Of a stretch of DNA of 64,000 bases, positions 8,400 through 16,926 are shown piece by piece. A program made the translations under genes and the position numbers. Under the pieces are notes generated by a model. The model made no database searches and had not been told where the DNA came from. It worked only from the letters and a program-made list of their open reading frames with translations. The DNA is taken from positions 55,996 to 119,995 of the IMG/VR virus record IMGVR_UViG_3300001533_003144, one strand, 5' to 3'. Every line of letters begins with the position of its first letter. Within the stretch, counting starts at the first letter, position 1. This DNA is from a virus.

Positions 8400-8835
8400 A
8401 TGAGTAGAGCTGAAAAGGGTTCTTCTGGACGATGATTCCAAGAGTCGTGGATGCCAAGAAAGAGAACATTTGTGAGGTAGGCAGGGTTGAGGGCATAGCT
8501 GTAAAGGCTGGTATTGCTTAATTTAAAATTCCTTAACATAATACAGAAGTCCGGAACTGACGAAAGAAGTAGTCAAGTCCTACGGAACAGCAATAGAACA
8601 GTAATGAAAATCAAGGTAGCACCTTAGTAGGGGGTTTGGTCTGGATACCATCAGCAGTGGTGGAGTAAGATGGGGGGCTTAACGGACGGGAAGTAACTGT
8701 TATTTCTGAACAACAGAATATTGGAGTACCTGAAGCATGAGGAGGATTCCTAGTGAAAAAGTCGGGGAGTGTAAACTTAAAAAGAAAAATCATTCAGACA
8801 AGTAGCGTTGGAGAGTCCTTTTGAGTTCTATTTAT
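8400..8835 (+). ncRNA. Large structured ncRNA (~435 nt), candidate ROOL/GOLLD-class phage RNA
   Basis: 8400-8425 pairs with 8810-8835 at 25 of 26 positions (G-U allowed); nested internal helices and GUAA loops; no + strand ORF of 60 aa or more inside; promoter immediately upstream. Confidence 0.75.
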
Positions 8836-8846
8836 GGAGGTGTGAT

Positions 8847-9626
8847 ATGCGAGTAGTTGTTTCTGTTTGGGCTTCTTATCAAACAAGAGAGCGGTCAGAT
8901 TTTAAGGAAGGGACTGTATCGTTAGTTTTTAACGGTGTTCCTTGTAAGGACCGGATTACTGCTGAGATAGTTTCTCAGACTGCTTATATTGCTGATAACA
9001 ACGGTAATACACCATTGAACTGGGCTTCCTATTATGGAAACATCGAAATAGTAGAACTACTTTTACAAGCAGGAGCAGACCCGAATATTGCCAATAAAAA
9101 CGGCAATACACCGTTGTACGAGGCTTCCTCTAAGGGTCATAAGGAAGTTGTAGAACTACTTTTACAAGCAGGGGCAGACCCGAATATTGCCGATAACAAC
9201 GGCAATACGCCGTTGAACTGGGCTTCCTATTATGGAAACATCGAAATAGTAGAACTACTTTTACAAGCAGGAGCAGACCCGAATATTGCCAATAAAAACG
9301 GCTATACACCGTTGTACTGGGCTTCCTATAATGTACACCACGAGGTTGTAGAATTACTTTTAAAATCAGGAGCAGACCCGAATATTGCCGATAAATACGG
9401 CCAAACACCGTTATACTGGGCTTCCTATAGGGGGCACCGCGAAATAGTAGAACTACTGTTACAAGCAGGAGCAGACCCGAATATTGCCAATAAAAACGGC
9501 AATACACCGTTGTACGAGGCTTCCTCTAAGGGTCATAAGGAAGTTGTAGAATTACTGTTACAAGCAGGGGCAGACCCGAATATTGCCGATAACCTCTTTG
9601 GTTTGGTCTCTTGTATCAGTGAGTAA
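8847..9626 (+). CDS. Ankyrin-repeat protein (six repeats within an unrelated small protein frame)
   Basis: GGAGG RBS 8836-8840; GNTPL..AS..G..E.VELLLQAGADPN x6. Confidence 0.93.
   Translation: MRVVVSVWASYQTRERSDFKEGTVSLVFNGVPCKDRITAEIVSQTAYIADNNGNTPLNWASYYGNIEIVELLLQAGADPNIANKNGNTPLYEASSKGHKEVVELLLQAGADPNIADNNGNTPLNWASYYGNIEIVELLLQAGADPNIANKNGYTPLYWASYNVHHEVVELLLKSGADPNIADKYGQTPLYWASYRGHREIVELLLQAGADPNIANKNGNTPLYEASSKGHKEVVELLLQAGADPNIADNLFGLVSCISE
8988..9593 (+). repeat. Six 99-bp tandem ankyrin-coding repeats (order A-B-A-C-D-B)
   Basis: ATTGC(T/C) at 8988 and 9582 are exactly 594 bp apart; units 1/3 and 2/6 are nearly identical. Confidence 0.97.
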
Positions 9627-9701
9627 ACTTACCGATGAGGAGTATAAAAAAATGTCTGGTAGTGACTTTTTTATTATGGTTATATAGGAGGTGGGGGTAT
9701 T

Positions 9702-10277
9702 ATGAAGTGTATTAAAGACTCCCAAGAAAGGTTTGGGGTTATGTCTTATCAAACCCGTATGACAGAAGAGTTTAGTCTGGTTGTTGATCAGGCTGTTGAG
9801 TTATTAGAGCCTGTAGTCCGGGATATAGGTGTTCCTGTTGAGGTAACGACTTTTCTTGTCAATGGAGAGGATTCCGATGAGATGTGTTGCGAGAAGGAAG
9901 AATGTATTTCAGTTGTAAGGTCTAAGCTTGTTTCAAAATATGGTGAAGATGCTATTGAAGATTACCGCTACTCCAATGATGGAGACCTTGATGTGGTTGA
10001 GGGATGTAGTCAGTGTGGTTCTCCTTTAAATTCGCATCTTACATGGTGTGAATCCGAACTGGTATATGTTGAAGGTCTGTATGATGAGCGTTTTCGGAAA
10101 GAGGGTTTTGTGCTTTATGCTATTCTGAACAGTATGCCTACCTTTGACAGAGAAATAAAGCCTTGGACACTACAGAAGGGGGGAAAGATTCTTGCCAGTG
10201 CTATAGAGGACCGTGAGGCTTTTTTTCAAAGGGTGTTAGTTGTTGCTCAGAGAGTTAAAAAGGTATTTGGTCGATAA
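9702..10277 (+). CDS. Hypothetical protein with CxxC motif
   Basis: GGAGG/GGGGG RBS; CSQCGSPL. Confidence 0.6.
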   Translation: MKCIKDSQERFGVMSYQTRMTEEFSLVVDQAVELLEPVVRDIGVPVEVTTFLVNGEDSDEMCCEKEECISVVRSKLVSKYGEDAIEDYRYSNDGDLDVVEGCSQCGSPLNSHLTWCESELVYVEGLYDERFRKEGFVLYAILNSMPTFDREIKPWTLQKGGKILASAIEDREAFFQRVLVVAQRVKKVFGR

Positions 10278-10303
10278 TATGAGTTTAAATTGGAGGCATT
10301 AAG

Positions 10304-10702
10304 ATGCAGATGATTATTTTGGTTGTATTGGTATTAGTGGTAATTTTTGAGACAGTTAAATCTGTTGTTGAGATTAAAAAGAAAAACAAAGAAAGCCGTG
10401 ATTTCGATTCTCGTTTGACTGAACATCTTTCGGAAACAAGGGTTAGTTTAAATGGTTTCCTTGGTAAAGCTGAGGATCAGATAAATCAGTTTACTGATCA
10501 TATTAAGAGTGATGTATTTGATCAGTTTGCTAAAGAGCTTGAAAAGGCTGAACAGGAGAAGTGGAAAGCCATATCCGAGTTGAACTTATATGTTACGGCA
10601 ATCCGGTCGCTGGATCCTAACTACCGGAAAAAAATCCAGACAAGGGTTGATGCTATGGTTAATAGATCTAAACAACAGCCGGTACAAAAAGACAAGGGGT
10701 AG
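10304..10702 (+). CDS. Membrane-anchored coiled-coil protein
   Basis: GGAGG RBS; N-terminal TM helix. Confidence 0.6.
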   Translation: MQMIILVVLVLVVIFETVKSVVEIKKKNKESRDFDSRLTEHLSETRVSLNGFLGKAEDQINQFTDHIKSDVFDQFAKELEKAEQEKWKAISELNLYVTAIRSLDPNYRKKIQTRVDAMVNRSKQQPVQKDKG

Positions 10703-10705
10703 TTA

Positions 10706-11506
10706 ATGTTGAGAACTAAGCAAGAAATAAAAAATCTTCTTAAAGAGAGAGTTAAGCAGTTAATGGAGACCCGAATAGGTGCGGTGGAAGATGCTCTTAA
10801 TCTGTGGGGTAAGGTAGAACACACTGATAAACAATCTTGGTGGTATATACCGCCAAAGGGAGGAAAGCCGCCTAAAGCCTGTATGGTAGCCCACATAGAC
10901 ACGGTTGACGATGATAGCAGGAGGGTTGTTAAAGATCTGGATGCTGTCCTGTTATTGGATCCCCCTTCCGAGTCGAGTTGTTTAGGGGCAGATGATCGTG
11001 CCGGGGTAGTTGCTTCTACCTTTTTATGGGAACAGAATCCTGAAGTAGCTCTACTTCTTACTAATTATGAAGAGTCCGGTCGTGCGGGGGTTGCTAATTT
11101 TTGCGATGCTTTTGAATCCCTTGGTATAGATTTTTCGGATCTCAGACTATTTATCTCAATAGACCGTAAAGGTACGCACCATTTTGTGGATTATGCTGGT
11201 AATCCTTATGCGGGGAATGATTGGGTGCGTTCTTTTGGGTGGGAAGAGGAGTACGGGTCTTTTTCAGACATTGCTACTTTACAGCTCCTATTAAAAGTAC
11301 CTGCAATAAATATAGCTACAGGGTATTATCACGAACATACCCTGTACGAACTTTTGGTAATGTCTGAATGGGTTTTTGCTATAGATTTTGTTCAAAAGCT
11401 TATAGATAATATTGCTGGGTGTCCTGTTTTAAGGATTACTGGTGAAATTGATCCTGATGCTGTTTTTTGTTATGATGATATTTATAGATCTGGTTCCGTA
11501 TTATAA
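10706..11506 (+). CDS. Zn-dependent M20/M28-family peptidase-like protein
   Basis: AHIDTV, LGADDRAG, EESG, IDRKG, SFSDI and GYYHEHT metal-binding motifs. Confidence 0.85.
   Translation: MLRTKQEIKNLLKERVKQLMETRIGAVEDALNLWGKVEHTDKQSWWYIPPKGGKPPKACMVAHIDTVDDDSRRVVKDLDAVLLLDPPSESSCLGADDRAGVVASTFLWEQNPEVALLLTNYEESGRAGVANFCDAFESLGIDFSDLRLFISIDRKGTHHFVDYAGNPYAGNDWVRSFGWEEEYGSFSDIATLQLLLKVPAINIATGYYHEHTLYELLVMSEWVFAIDFVQKLIDNIAGCPVLRITGEIDPDAVFCYDDIYRSGSVL
11494..11505 (+). promoter_or_regulatory. TTCCGTATTATA motif, copy 2
   Basis: Exact 12-mer upstream of GGAGG and ORF 11530. Confidence 0.6.
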
Positions 11507-11529
11507 TATAGATAGGCTTTGGAGGTTTT

Positions 11530-11991
11530 GTGATGGATATGTCTGATTATTTTCAGTTGTTGAGACCCTTTTTTGCTTGGCGTTCCTCTGAGTTCTTGGG
11601 GGTTAAGTTAATACATAAATCAGCTAAACGCCCTAATTATGTGATTTACAGGGGTCTATCCGAGTCAGGTTCTACAAAACATATCCGGATATATGTTCCA
11701 AAAAAAGACGAGGAGGTTATAGTTCCTTTTTCTAAGGGGTGGTATCTCTGGCAATCGTTTGATGAGGTTAAAGCCTCGATAGATTCTGTGGCATTGGGGG
11801 TTTTGCAGGAGATAAGTAAGGATACTTCTTTAATTGAAGCTATTTTACAGAGTATAAATGTGCTGATAATTGAAAACCGGGTTAAAAGCCCTCGGTTGAT
11901 TTCTCCGGAAGTGGGTAGGGCTGTTTTAGATTTAATCGATAAAAGTCACCGGAGAGACGAGATTAGGGATATCTCTTCTGATGGGGGTTAA
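11530..11991 (+). CDS. Hypothetical protein
   Basis: GGAGG RBS; 153-aa ORF. Confidence 0.6.
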   Translation: MMDMSDYFQLLRPFFAWRSSEFLGVKLIHKSAKRPNYVIYRGLSESGSTKHIRIYVPKKDEEVIVPFSKGWYLWQSFDEVKASIDSVALGVLQEISKDTSLIEAILQSINVLIIENRVKSPRLISPEVGRAVLDLIDKSHRRDEIRDISSDGG

Positions 11992-12150
11992 TTTGAAAGA
12001 GAGAATTAGTTTTGGGTTTTTCCCTAGGATTTTTCTTGTAGTACCTACCTTTATTATTAGTTGGACGGACGAGGGGGTTGCTCTAAGCTTGAGTTGGTTA
12101 TGTTTAGGTATATCTTTTTTAGTAAAAAAACGCAGGAAATGGGGGTGTAA

Positions 12151-12447
12151 GTGATGTGGAGACCTATAAGAAATTCTGCAGGTGAGTGTACTTGTGGTGA
12201 GGCTGTTTTTGGGCTTTACAAGTTTATGGTAAAGTTTGAGGCAGGTGAGTGGGTTACTCGTTGCCCTCAGCTTAATACGGGTTGGATTAGTCTCAAGCTT
12301 CCCGAAAAGACCCCTTTTGAGTTGATCTGTTTCCACGCCTCAAAAAGGCTTTTCCAAGAGTATAAACAAGAAAACGATAAATTTGTTACAAGTTATATAA
12401 ACTATCAAAGGGGATTTCAAAAGGAAGTTGAAGCCCTTAGAAAGTAG
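12151..12447 (+). CDS. Hypothetical protein
   Basis: GGGGG RBS; 98-aa ORF. Confidence 0.5.
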   Translation: MMWRPIRNSAGECTCGEAVFGLYKFMVKFEAGEWVTRCPQLNTGWISLKLPEKTPFELICFHASKRLFQEYKQENDKFVTSYINYQRGFQKEVEALRK

Positions 12448-12467
12448 ATTGTTAAATGGAGGATTTA

Positions 12468-13034
12468 ATGTTAGCTGTGTTTTATGGTAATTTAATTTTT
12501 GCGGATTATTTCCCTAAAAACTACCCTTTAAAGGTAGTGAACTTTGAGCACTATTCTTCTTCTAAGGATATGCTTGACGCCGTTACAGACCCTAATTCGG
12601 TCGTGATTGTTGAAAATGTCTATAAACTGAAAATCTACTATGAATATTTTATCAGTAGGGCAATATCAAACAGTAAAGAAAGTATTGTGGTGTTATCTGA
12701 ACTCCGGTTTGATTATTTCAGGGAAGTGAAAAGGGCTATGGCTACTTTTCTTGCTAAACTTTCAAAGGTGCCTAATCCGGTGGTATTCACTTTCCCTTTA
12801 GAGGAGAGGGAGAATAATCTTTATAACCGTATATACCCTGCTGGGTACGATGATTTTTCTTTGTTTGGAGGTAACTTCAAGATGATCGTACCTTTTACGG
12901 AGGTTGATGGCAGTCCTATAGCTATAACCTCTTTAGCTCTACAGAGGAATGTGAAGTTTAAGAACTTTTCAGAGTATCGGGAATATCTCCTATCTTTTCT
13001 ACCTAAAGAAGATTCTGGGGGAAGTGCCTCTTAA
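12468..13034 (+). CDS. Hypothetical protein (possibly degenerate P-loop/AAA-like fold)
   Basis: GGAGG RBS before ATG 12468; alpha/beta pattern only, no intact Walker A. Confidence 0.45.
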   Translation: MLAVFYGNLIFADYFPKNYPLKVVNFEHYSSSKDMLDAVTDPNSVVIVENVYKLKIYYEYFISRAISNSKESIVVLSELRFDYFREVKRAMATFLAKLSKVPNPVVFTFPLEERENNLYNRIYPAGYDDFSLFGGNFKMIVPFTEVDGSPIAITSLALQRNVKFKNFSEYREYLLSFLPKEDSGGSAS

Positions 13035-13038
13035 AGCT

Positions 13039-13048
13039 TTATATAATA
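13039..13048 (+). promoter_or_regulatory. TTATA(T/G)AATA putative late promoter, copy 1
   Basis: 10-mer seen 7 times in front of lysis/structural genes; no -35 element. Confidence 0.65.
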
Positions 13049-13072
13049 CTTGAGCAAGGCTGTGAGGTTAAA

Positions 13073-13489
13073 ATGTTTTCGGTTGCCTTTAAAATTATAA
13101 AAGACTTCGTTTTAAAATACTGGTATGTTGTCCTTATAGCTTTGCTCGTTTTGGCTGTTTTAGCTTATGTGGGTGTATTGAGGTACAGGTTGGTTAGAGT
13201 TAATCGTGAAAATGAGCGGCTTACTACGGAACTGATTGAACAGCAGTTTATTATATCCTCTTTAAAGGAGGAGGTTGCTCGTTTTAAAAAGGAGAGGGTT
13301 TACCGGGACAAGTTAATTAAGGTGTTAGAAGAAATGAAAAGAGAGGAGATTATCCGGGAAAAACATTTTCATACTCAAGTTGAGAATAATAAAACTGTTG
13401 TAGAAAAATATGAGGAAACTAATGATCTTTTACCCGTCTTTTGTGAGATTGATCGGTACTTCGGTATTACTACTGATCAGTGTGAGTAG
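13073..13489 (+). CDS. Putative inner-membrane spanin (Rz-like)
   Basis: N-terminal TM helix plus long coiled coil with C-terminal Cys; overlapped by a lipoprotein gene. Confidence 0.6.
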   Translation: MFSVAFKIIKDFVLKYWYVVLIALLVLAVLAYVGVLRYRLVRVNRENERLTTELIEQQFIISSLKEEVARFKKERVYRDKLIKVLEEMKREEIIREKHFHTQVENNKTVVEKYEETNDLLPVFCEIDRYFGITTDQCE

Positions 13490-13763
13490 CTGCTGTCACT
13501 TTTGTCCTACAGAGGTAGTTACTCAGACTCGCTATGTTATACCTGATTTTGCTGAATGCAGTTTATTCTATCCGGAAGAGGTGGAGTACAGTCCCTTACC
13601 TAAAAACAGTTTAAGTCGGTTTACCGGGGAAGATCTTCTGGTGTTATTGAACAATTTAGCCCTTAGAGAGAAGGAATTAAATTCTCTCAAGGCGGTTATA
13701 TCTTGTTACAGTAGGGTTTTAAAGGAAGCTTCTACAGTTTTTAAGGGAGATAAAGATGAATAA
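13410..13763 (+). CDS. Putative outer-membrane spanin lipoprotein (Rz1-like)
   Basis: Overlaps the 3' end of 13073 in another frame; LLLISVSSC lipobox-like; Pro-containing linker then helix. Confidence 0.55.
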   Translation: MRKLMIFYPSFVRLIGTSVLLLISVSSCCHFCPTEVVTQTRYVIPDFAECSLFYPEEVEYSPLPKNSLSRFTGEDLLVLLNNLALREKELNSLKAVISCYSRVLKEASTVFKGDKDE

Positions 13764-14772
13764 GGTGAATGTTTTTTATGTGGATCAGTTTTATAGTGAT
13801 ATAGTCCTTCTGGGGGATTCTGCTCCTGCCAAAGTACATTGTTGTGAGTTAAGTTTACCTTTTGCACTGGCAGCAGAAGTAAAGACTCCTAAACTTTTTG
13901 CAGGTGAACTTACTCATATCATACTTAAAAGTGATTCAGGTTACGGGTTTAGTCCTAATTTGGTTTGTATTTCTGGAGACACTATTATTACCCCTGTACT
14001 GATTAGTGAGGGTATTTTGGCTATCCCTGTAAAAAAGAGTGCCGGTACACATAGTTTTGTTCTTACGGACGGGGTTTCTAACTTAGGGTTTTCGGTAGAG
14101 TTTGTGGGTGTGTTAGATTCTGTGGATACTTTTTCTTTTATAGACAAGTATTACTTTCCTTTCTTTGGTGGATTAACTCGTAAGGTTGTTTTAGAGGTTG
14201 ATTCTTCTTTTCAAATACACAAAATTACCGCTAATGGGATACCTGTAGGGGATTTGTCTTTTCTGGATTCTCATTATGTCCTCTTCAGTTGTTCTTTTCC
14301 TTTAAATGGTTCCTATGGTATTGTTCTATATGATGATGAAGATAACATTCTACATTCGTTTTCGGTTACAGTTGCTTTGGAGCAGCAAATAGATGTAGGT
14401 GTTGTCGGTACTTTTTTTGAGGACTTTATGTATGTTTATCTTCTTTCCGGCCAGTATCCTGCAGGAGGTGTGTTTGTCATAGATCATGGTGATTTTCTTA
14501 TTAAACCTGTCTCAAATTTGGAGACATTGCCCGACAAGATGGCGTTATCTGAATCCGATAGGTTCGTTTTTGTTGTTCGGGACAGGGCAGGTGGTGTTGT
14601 TCCTTTAACGGGCTATACCATTACTTCTCAGGGGTTTTCTTTGTCGGGTTTTACTGATCACAATGGGGTTATCTCTTTATCTTGGTATCAGTTACCTAAA
14701 GTTTTTGATCTGAGTTTTTCCAGCTATGACTTGACTTATCTTAACTGTACATTAAGCAATAAGGGAAAATAA
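13756..14772 (+). CDS. Putative virion structural protein (beta-rich)
   Basis: 338 aa; in late operon upstream of neck genes. Confidence 0.45.
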   Translation: MNKVNVFYVDQFYSDIVLLGDSAPAKVHCCELSLPFALAAEVKTPKLFAGELTHIILKSDSGYGFSPNLVCISGDTIITPVLISEGILAIPVKKSAGTHSFVLTDGVSNLGFSVEFVGVLDSVDTFSFIDKYYFPFFGGLTRKVVLEVDSSFQIHKITANGIPVGDLSFLDSHYVLFSCSFPLNGSYGIVLYDDEDNILHSFSVTVALEQQIDVGVVGTFFEDFMYVYLLSGQYPAGGVFVIDHGDFLIKPVSNLETLPDKMALSESDRFVFVVRDRAGGVVPLTGYTITSQGFSLSGFTDHNGVISLSWYQLPKVFDLSFSSYDLTYLNCTLSNKGK

Positions 14773-15527
14773 TGCGAATCTTCTTTGATCGGCAATTTAA
14801 GCAGATGCAGGTTGTTACTGAGATAGAGAACCTTTCAGAGTTCGTTTTGCTAGAAGTATATCGCGGTACCTTTTCTCCTTTAGAAGAACCGGGTCAGAGT
14901 AAGTTTCTGGCAGATAACTCTCCTACAGATATTTTTTTTATAGACTTTAAATACTCCTATAGGCAAACTGGTAATGTTTATCTCGTGGGTGTCCTTGCTG
15001 ACGGAAACAAGAGAGCAGTTTCATCCTGTTCTATATCTTCAGGGACACATCATAACAACATGTATGATAATGCTGTCCGGGGTCTTAATACTCGGAAGGA
15101 CTGGTATCAGAAGCTGAGGTCTGAAAGGGTTAAGATATTTTTTAAGTCTCTTCAAGGTACTTGCACATGCTGGGATGAAGAGATGAAGGTGGCTAACCCT
15201 AATTGTGCTTTGTGTGGGGGTTCGGGTAAGGTGTTGGGTTATGTGGGTAGTTATTTTAATGTAATGATTGACAATGATTTTAAAAAGGTCAAAATGCGTA
15301 CACAGGAAGGTAGATCTGTGTCCGTTGAGGGTTTAGAGGGTTGGCTTTTTAAGTATCCTTTTGTTAATGATGAATGTATCTTGGAAAGAAAAAGCGGTGA
15401 TCGTTATACAATAAATAATGTTACCTATAAACATTTCGGGGGGCATTTGATTGAAATGAGTTTTATGTTGATTATGTTAGGGGATTCATTTAATTTTAAA
15501 CTGACTTTACTTGGTGGTGGTGATTAG
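14772..15527 (+). CDS. Putative neck/head-closure protein
   Basis: CTCWD...NCALCGGSG..GY motif typical of neck proteins of large myophages; position. Confidence 0.55.
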   Translation: MRIFFDRQFKQMQVVTEIENLSEFVLLEVYRGTFSPLEEPGQSKFLADNSPTDIFFIDFKYSYRQTGNVYLVGVLADGNKRAVSSCSISSGTHHNNMYDNAVRGLNTRKDWYQKLRSERVKIFFKSLQGTCTCWDEEMKVANPNCALCGGSGKVLGYVGSYFNVMIDNDFKKVKMRTQEGRSVSVEGLEGWLFKYPFVNDECILERKSGDRYTINNVTYKHFGGHLIEMSFMLIMLGDSFNFKLTLLGGGD

Positions 15528-15528
15528 T

Positions 15529-16188
15529 ATGGAAATTACATTGTATATGGGTGAGGTTCAGCATACCTTTATTGTTTCTAAGTTTATTAAACGGTTTATA
15601 ATTCCCTTGGAGGAGATTTCCCGTATCTTAGGTAAACCTAACGGCTTCGAGGTTATGCGTGTAGTTCGTGAAGGGAAGTTGTTCAATTTTGTAGTTGAGA
15701 CTGATGAGAAAAACCTGTCGGCAATAGCGCCGTTAAAACCGGGAGATTTTTCTTTTCTAGTTCAAAAAACTAATGAAGGGGGTTTTGGGTTTAGCCGGTT
15801 TGTTTTAGACAGTGAGGTTAGTGGCTGTTCTCAAGGGGTTATTACGGTTATTGTTAAAAGTTGTGATAAACCTCCTTACAGTGGGTATTATTTGAATGGG
15901 TTCTGGGGTTATCCTGTGGAGCCTGAGCCTTTCTCCTTTTCTTTGTCGGTTGAGCGGCAAAAGAAAAGTATTGAGTTTTGGTCAAAAAATGCTTACAGAC
16001 TTAATGGTAAAGAGATAGATACTTCTCAAGTGATTATTTCAATATCGGATCACACTCCGGAGAACATAGAAAAGCTGGAATCTTCTTTAGGGAGGTCTTT
16101 AAGCCCAATAGGAAGGTGTAGTTTAAGTCCTGATTATAAACAGGTTTTAATAGACTCTAAAGGAGAATTTTTTGCTTTACGGGGATAA
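15529..16188 (+). CDS. Putative structural protein
   Basis: Tightly packed in the neck-tail operon. Confidence 0.45.
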   Translation: MEITLYMGEVQHTFIVSKFIKRFIIPLEEISRILGKPNGFEVMRVVREGKLFNFVVETDEKNLSAIAPLKPGDFSFLVQKTNEGGFGFSRFVLDSEVSGCSQGVITVIVKSCDKPPYSGYYLNGFWGYPVEPEPFSFSLSVERQKKSIEFWSKNAYRLNGKEIDTSQVIISISDHTPENIEKLESSLGRSLSPIGRCSLSPDYKQVLIDSKGEFFALRG

Positions 16189-16848
16189 ATGAAAAGTATT
16201 CAAGAGCTTATTACGGAAAACATTAACAGGTTTAGAGGGGATCGTGGTGACTGGTCGCCCGTTCCTGTAGGAGACCGGGAGCTTATTTCAAGAGGGTTTT
16301 ATCTTCTTTTACTTCACCTGTTTTCTGTTGAAGGTATTGCCGATGCCTACCCTAACTTACCTTGTGACTTTATAGAGAACATCAAAGAAGGTTCGGGTCT
16401 TTTTGTGAAAGGTGCAGATGTTAAGGCGGTAAACCCTTCTTTGATGGTCGGTTTTCCTTCTGGGTCTTTCCGATTACTTCAGTTAGGGGTTGGTTCACAT
16501 AATGAGGATAGGTCCGAGCCTGATTTTGTGGTTAAGAAAAAGTTTTCTGGATCCATATCTTTATCCTCAAAAGGTAGAACCTCTCTGGAAGCTTGTAGAA
16601 TTATAGATATTGTAGAGTCTGCTTTAAATAGTGTTTTATCTGACTGTTTAAGGGCTTTATCTATACAGATTACCTCTATAAATGTTTCGGATGGTAAGGA
16701 AGATAAAGCAGGAAACGATGTTCCTTATTGGAGGTTCGATACAGTTATTACTTGTGATATTCCTGACCTAACTGCTTTATATGGTCTCAGTCCTGATTAT
16801 GGTGTTTTTAAGGATCTGTACCTTGACGAGATAGAGGTTAAAGCGTGA
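16189..16848 (+). CDS. Putative tail completion/terminator protein
   Basis: Directly upstream of the sheath; size and beta pattern are consistent. Confidence 0.5.
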   Translation: MKSIQELITENINRFRGDRGDWSPVPVGDRELISRGFYLLLLHLFSVEGIADAYPNLPCDFIENIKEGSGLFVKGADVKAVNPSLMVGFPSGSFRLLQLGVGSHNEDRSEPDFVVKKKFSGSISLSSKGRTSLEACRIIDIVESALNSVLSDCLRALSIQITSINVSDGKEDKAGNDVPYWRFDTVITCDIPDLTALYGLSPDYGVFKDLYLDEIEVKA

Positions 16849-16864
16849 GGCTAAAGATAGAAGT

Positions 16865-16874
16865 TTATAGAATA
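16865..16874 (+). promoter_or_regulatory. Putative late promoter TTATAGAATA, copy 2
   Basis: Upstream of sheath gene. Confidence 0.6.
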
Positions 16875-16926
16875 CAGTGTATTTGGTTGTTTTGACTTTT
16901 TTTTTACTTTAATAGGGAGAAATGTT

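Noticed and set aside
8400-8835. ncRNA as the template for the ankyrin or 75-bp repeats, or as tmRNA/RNase P
   Set aside because: No similarity to either repeat unit by eye; lacks tmRNA tRNA-like ends and RNase P conserved motifs.
8808-8846. Upstream TTG start of the ankyrin ORF given by the track
   Set aside because: Overlaps the ncRNA 3' stem; GGAGG plus ATG 8847 is the better start.
8988-9593. CRISPR array or transposon
   Set aside because: Clean ankyrin coding repeats; no transposase or terminal inverted repeats.
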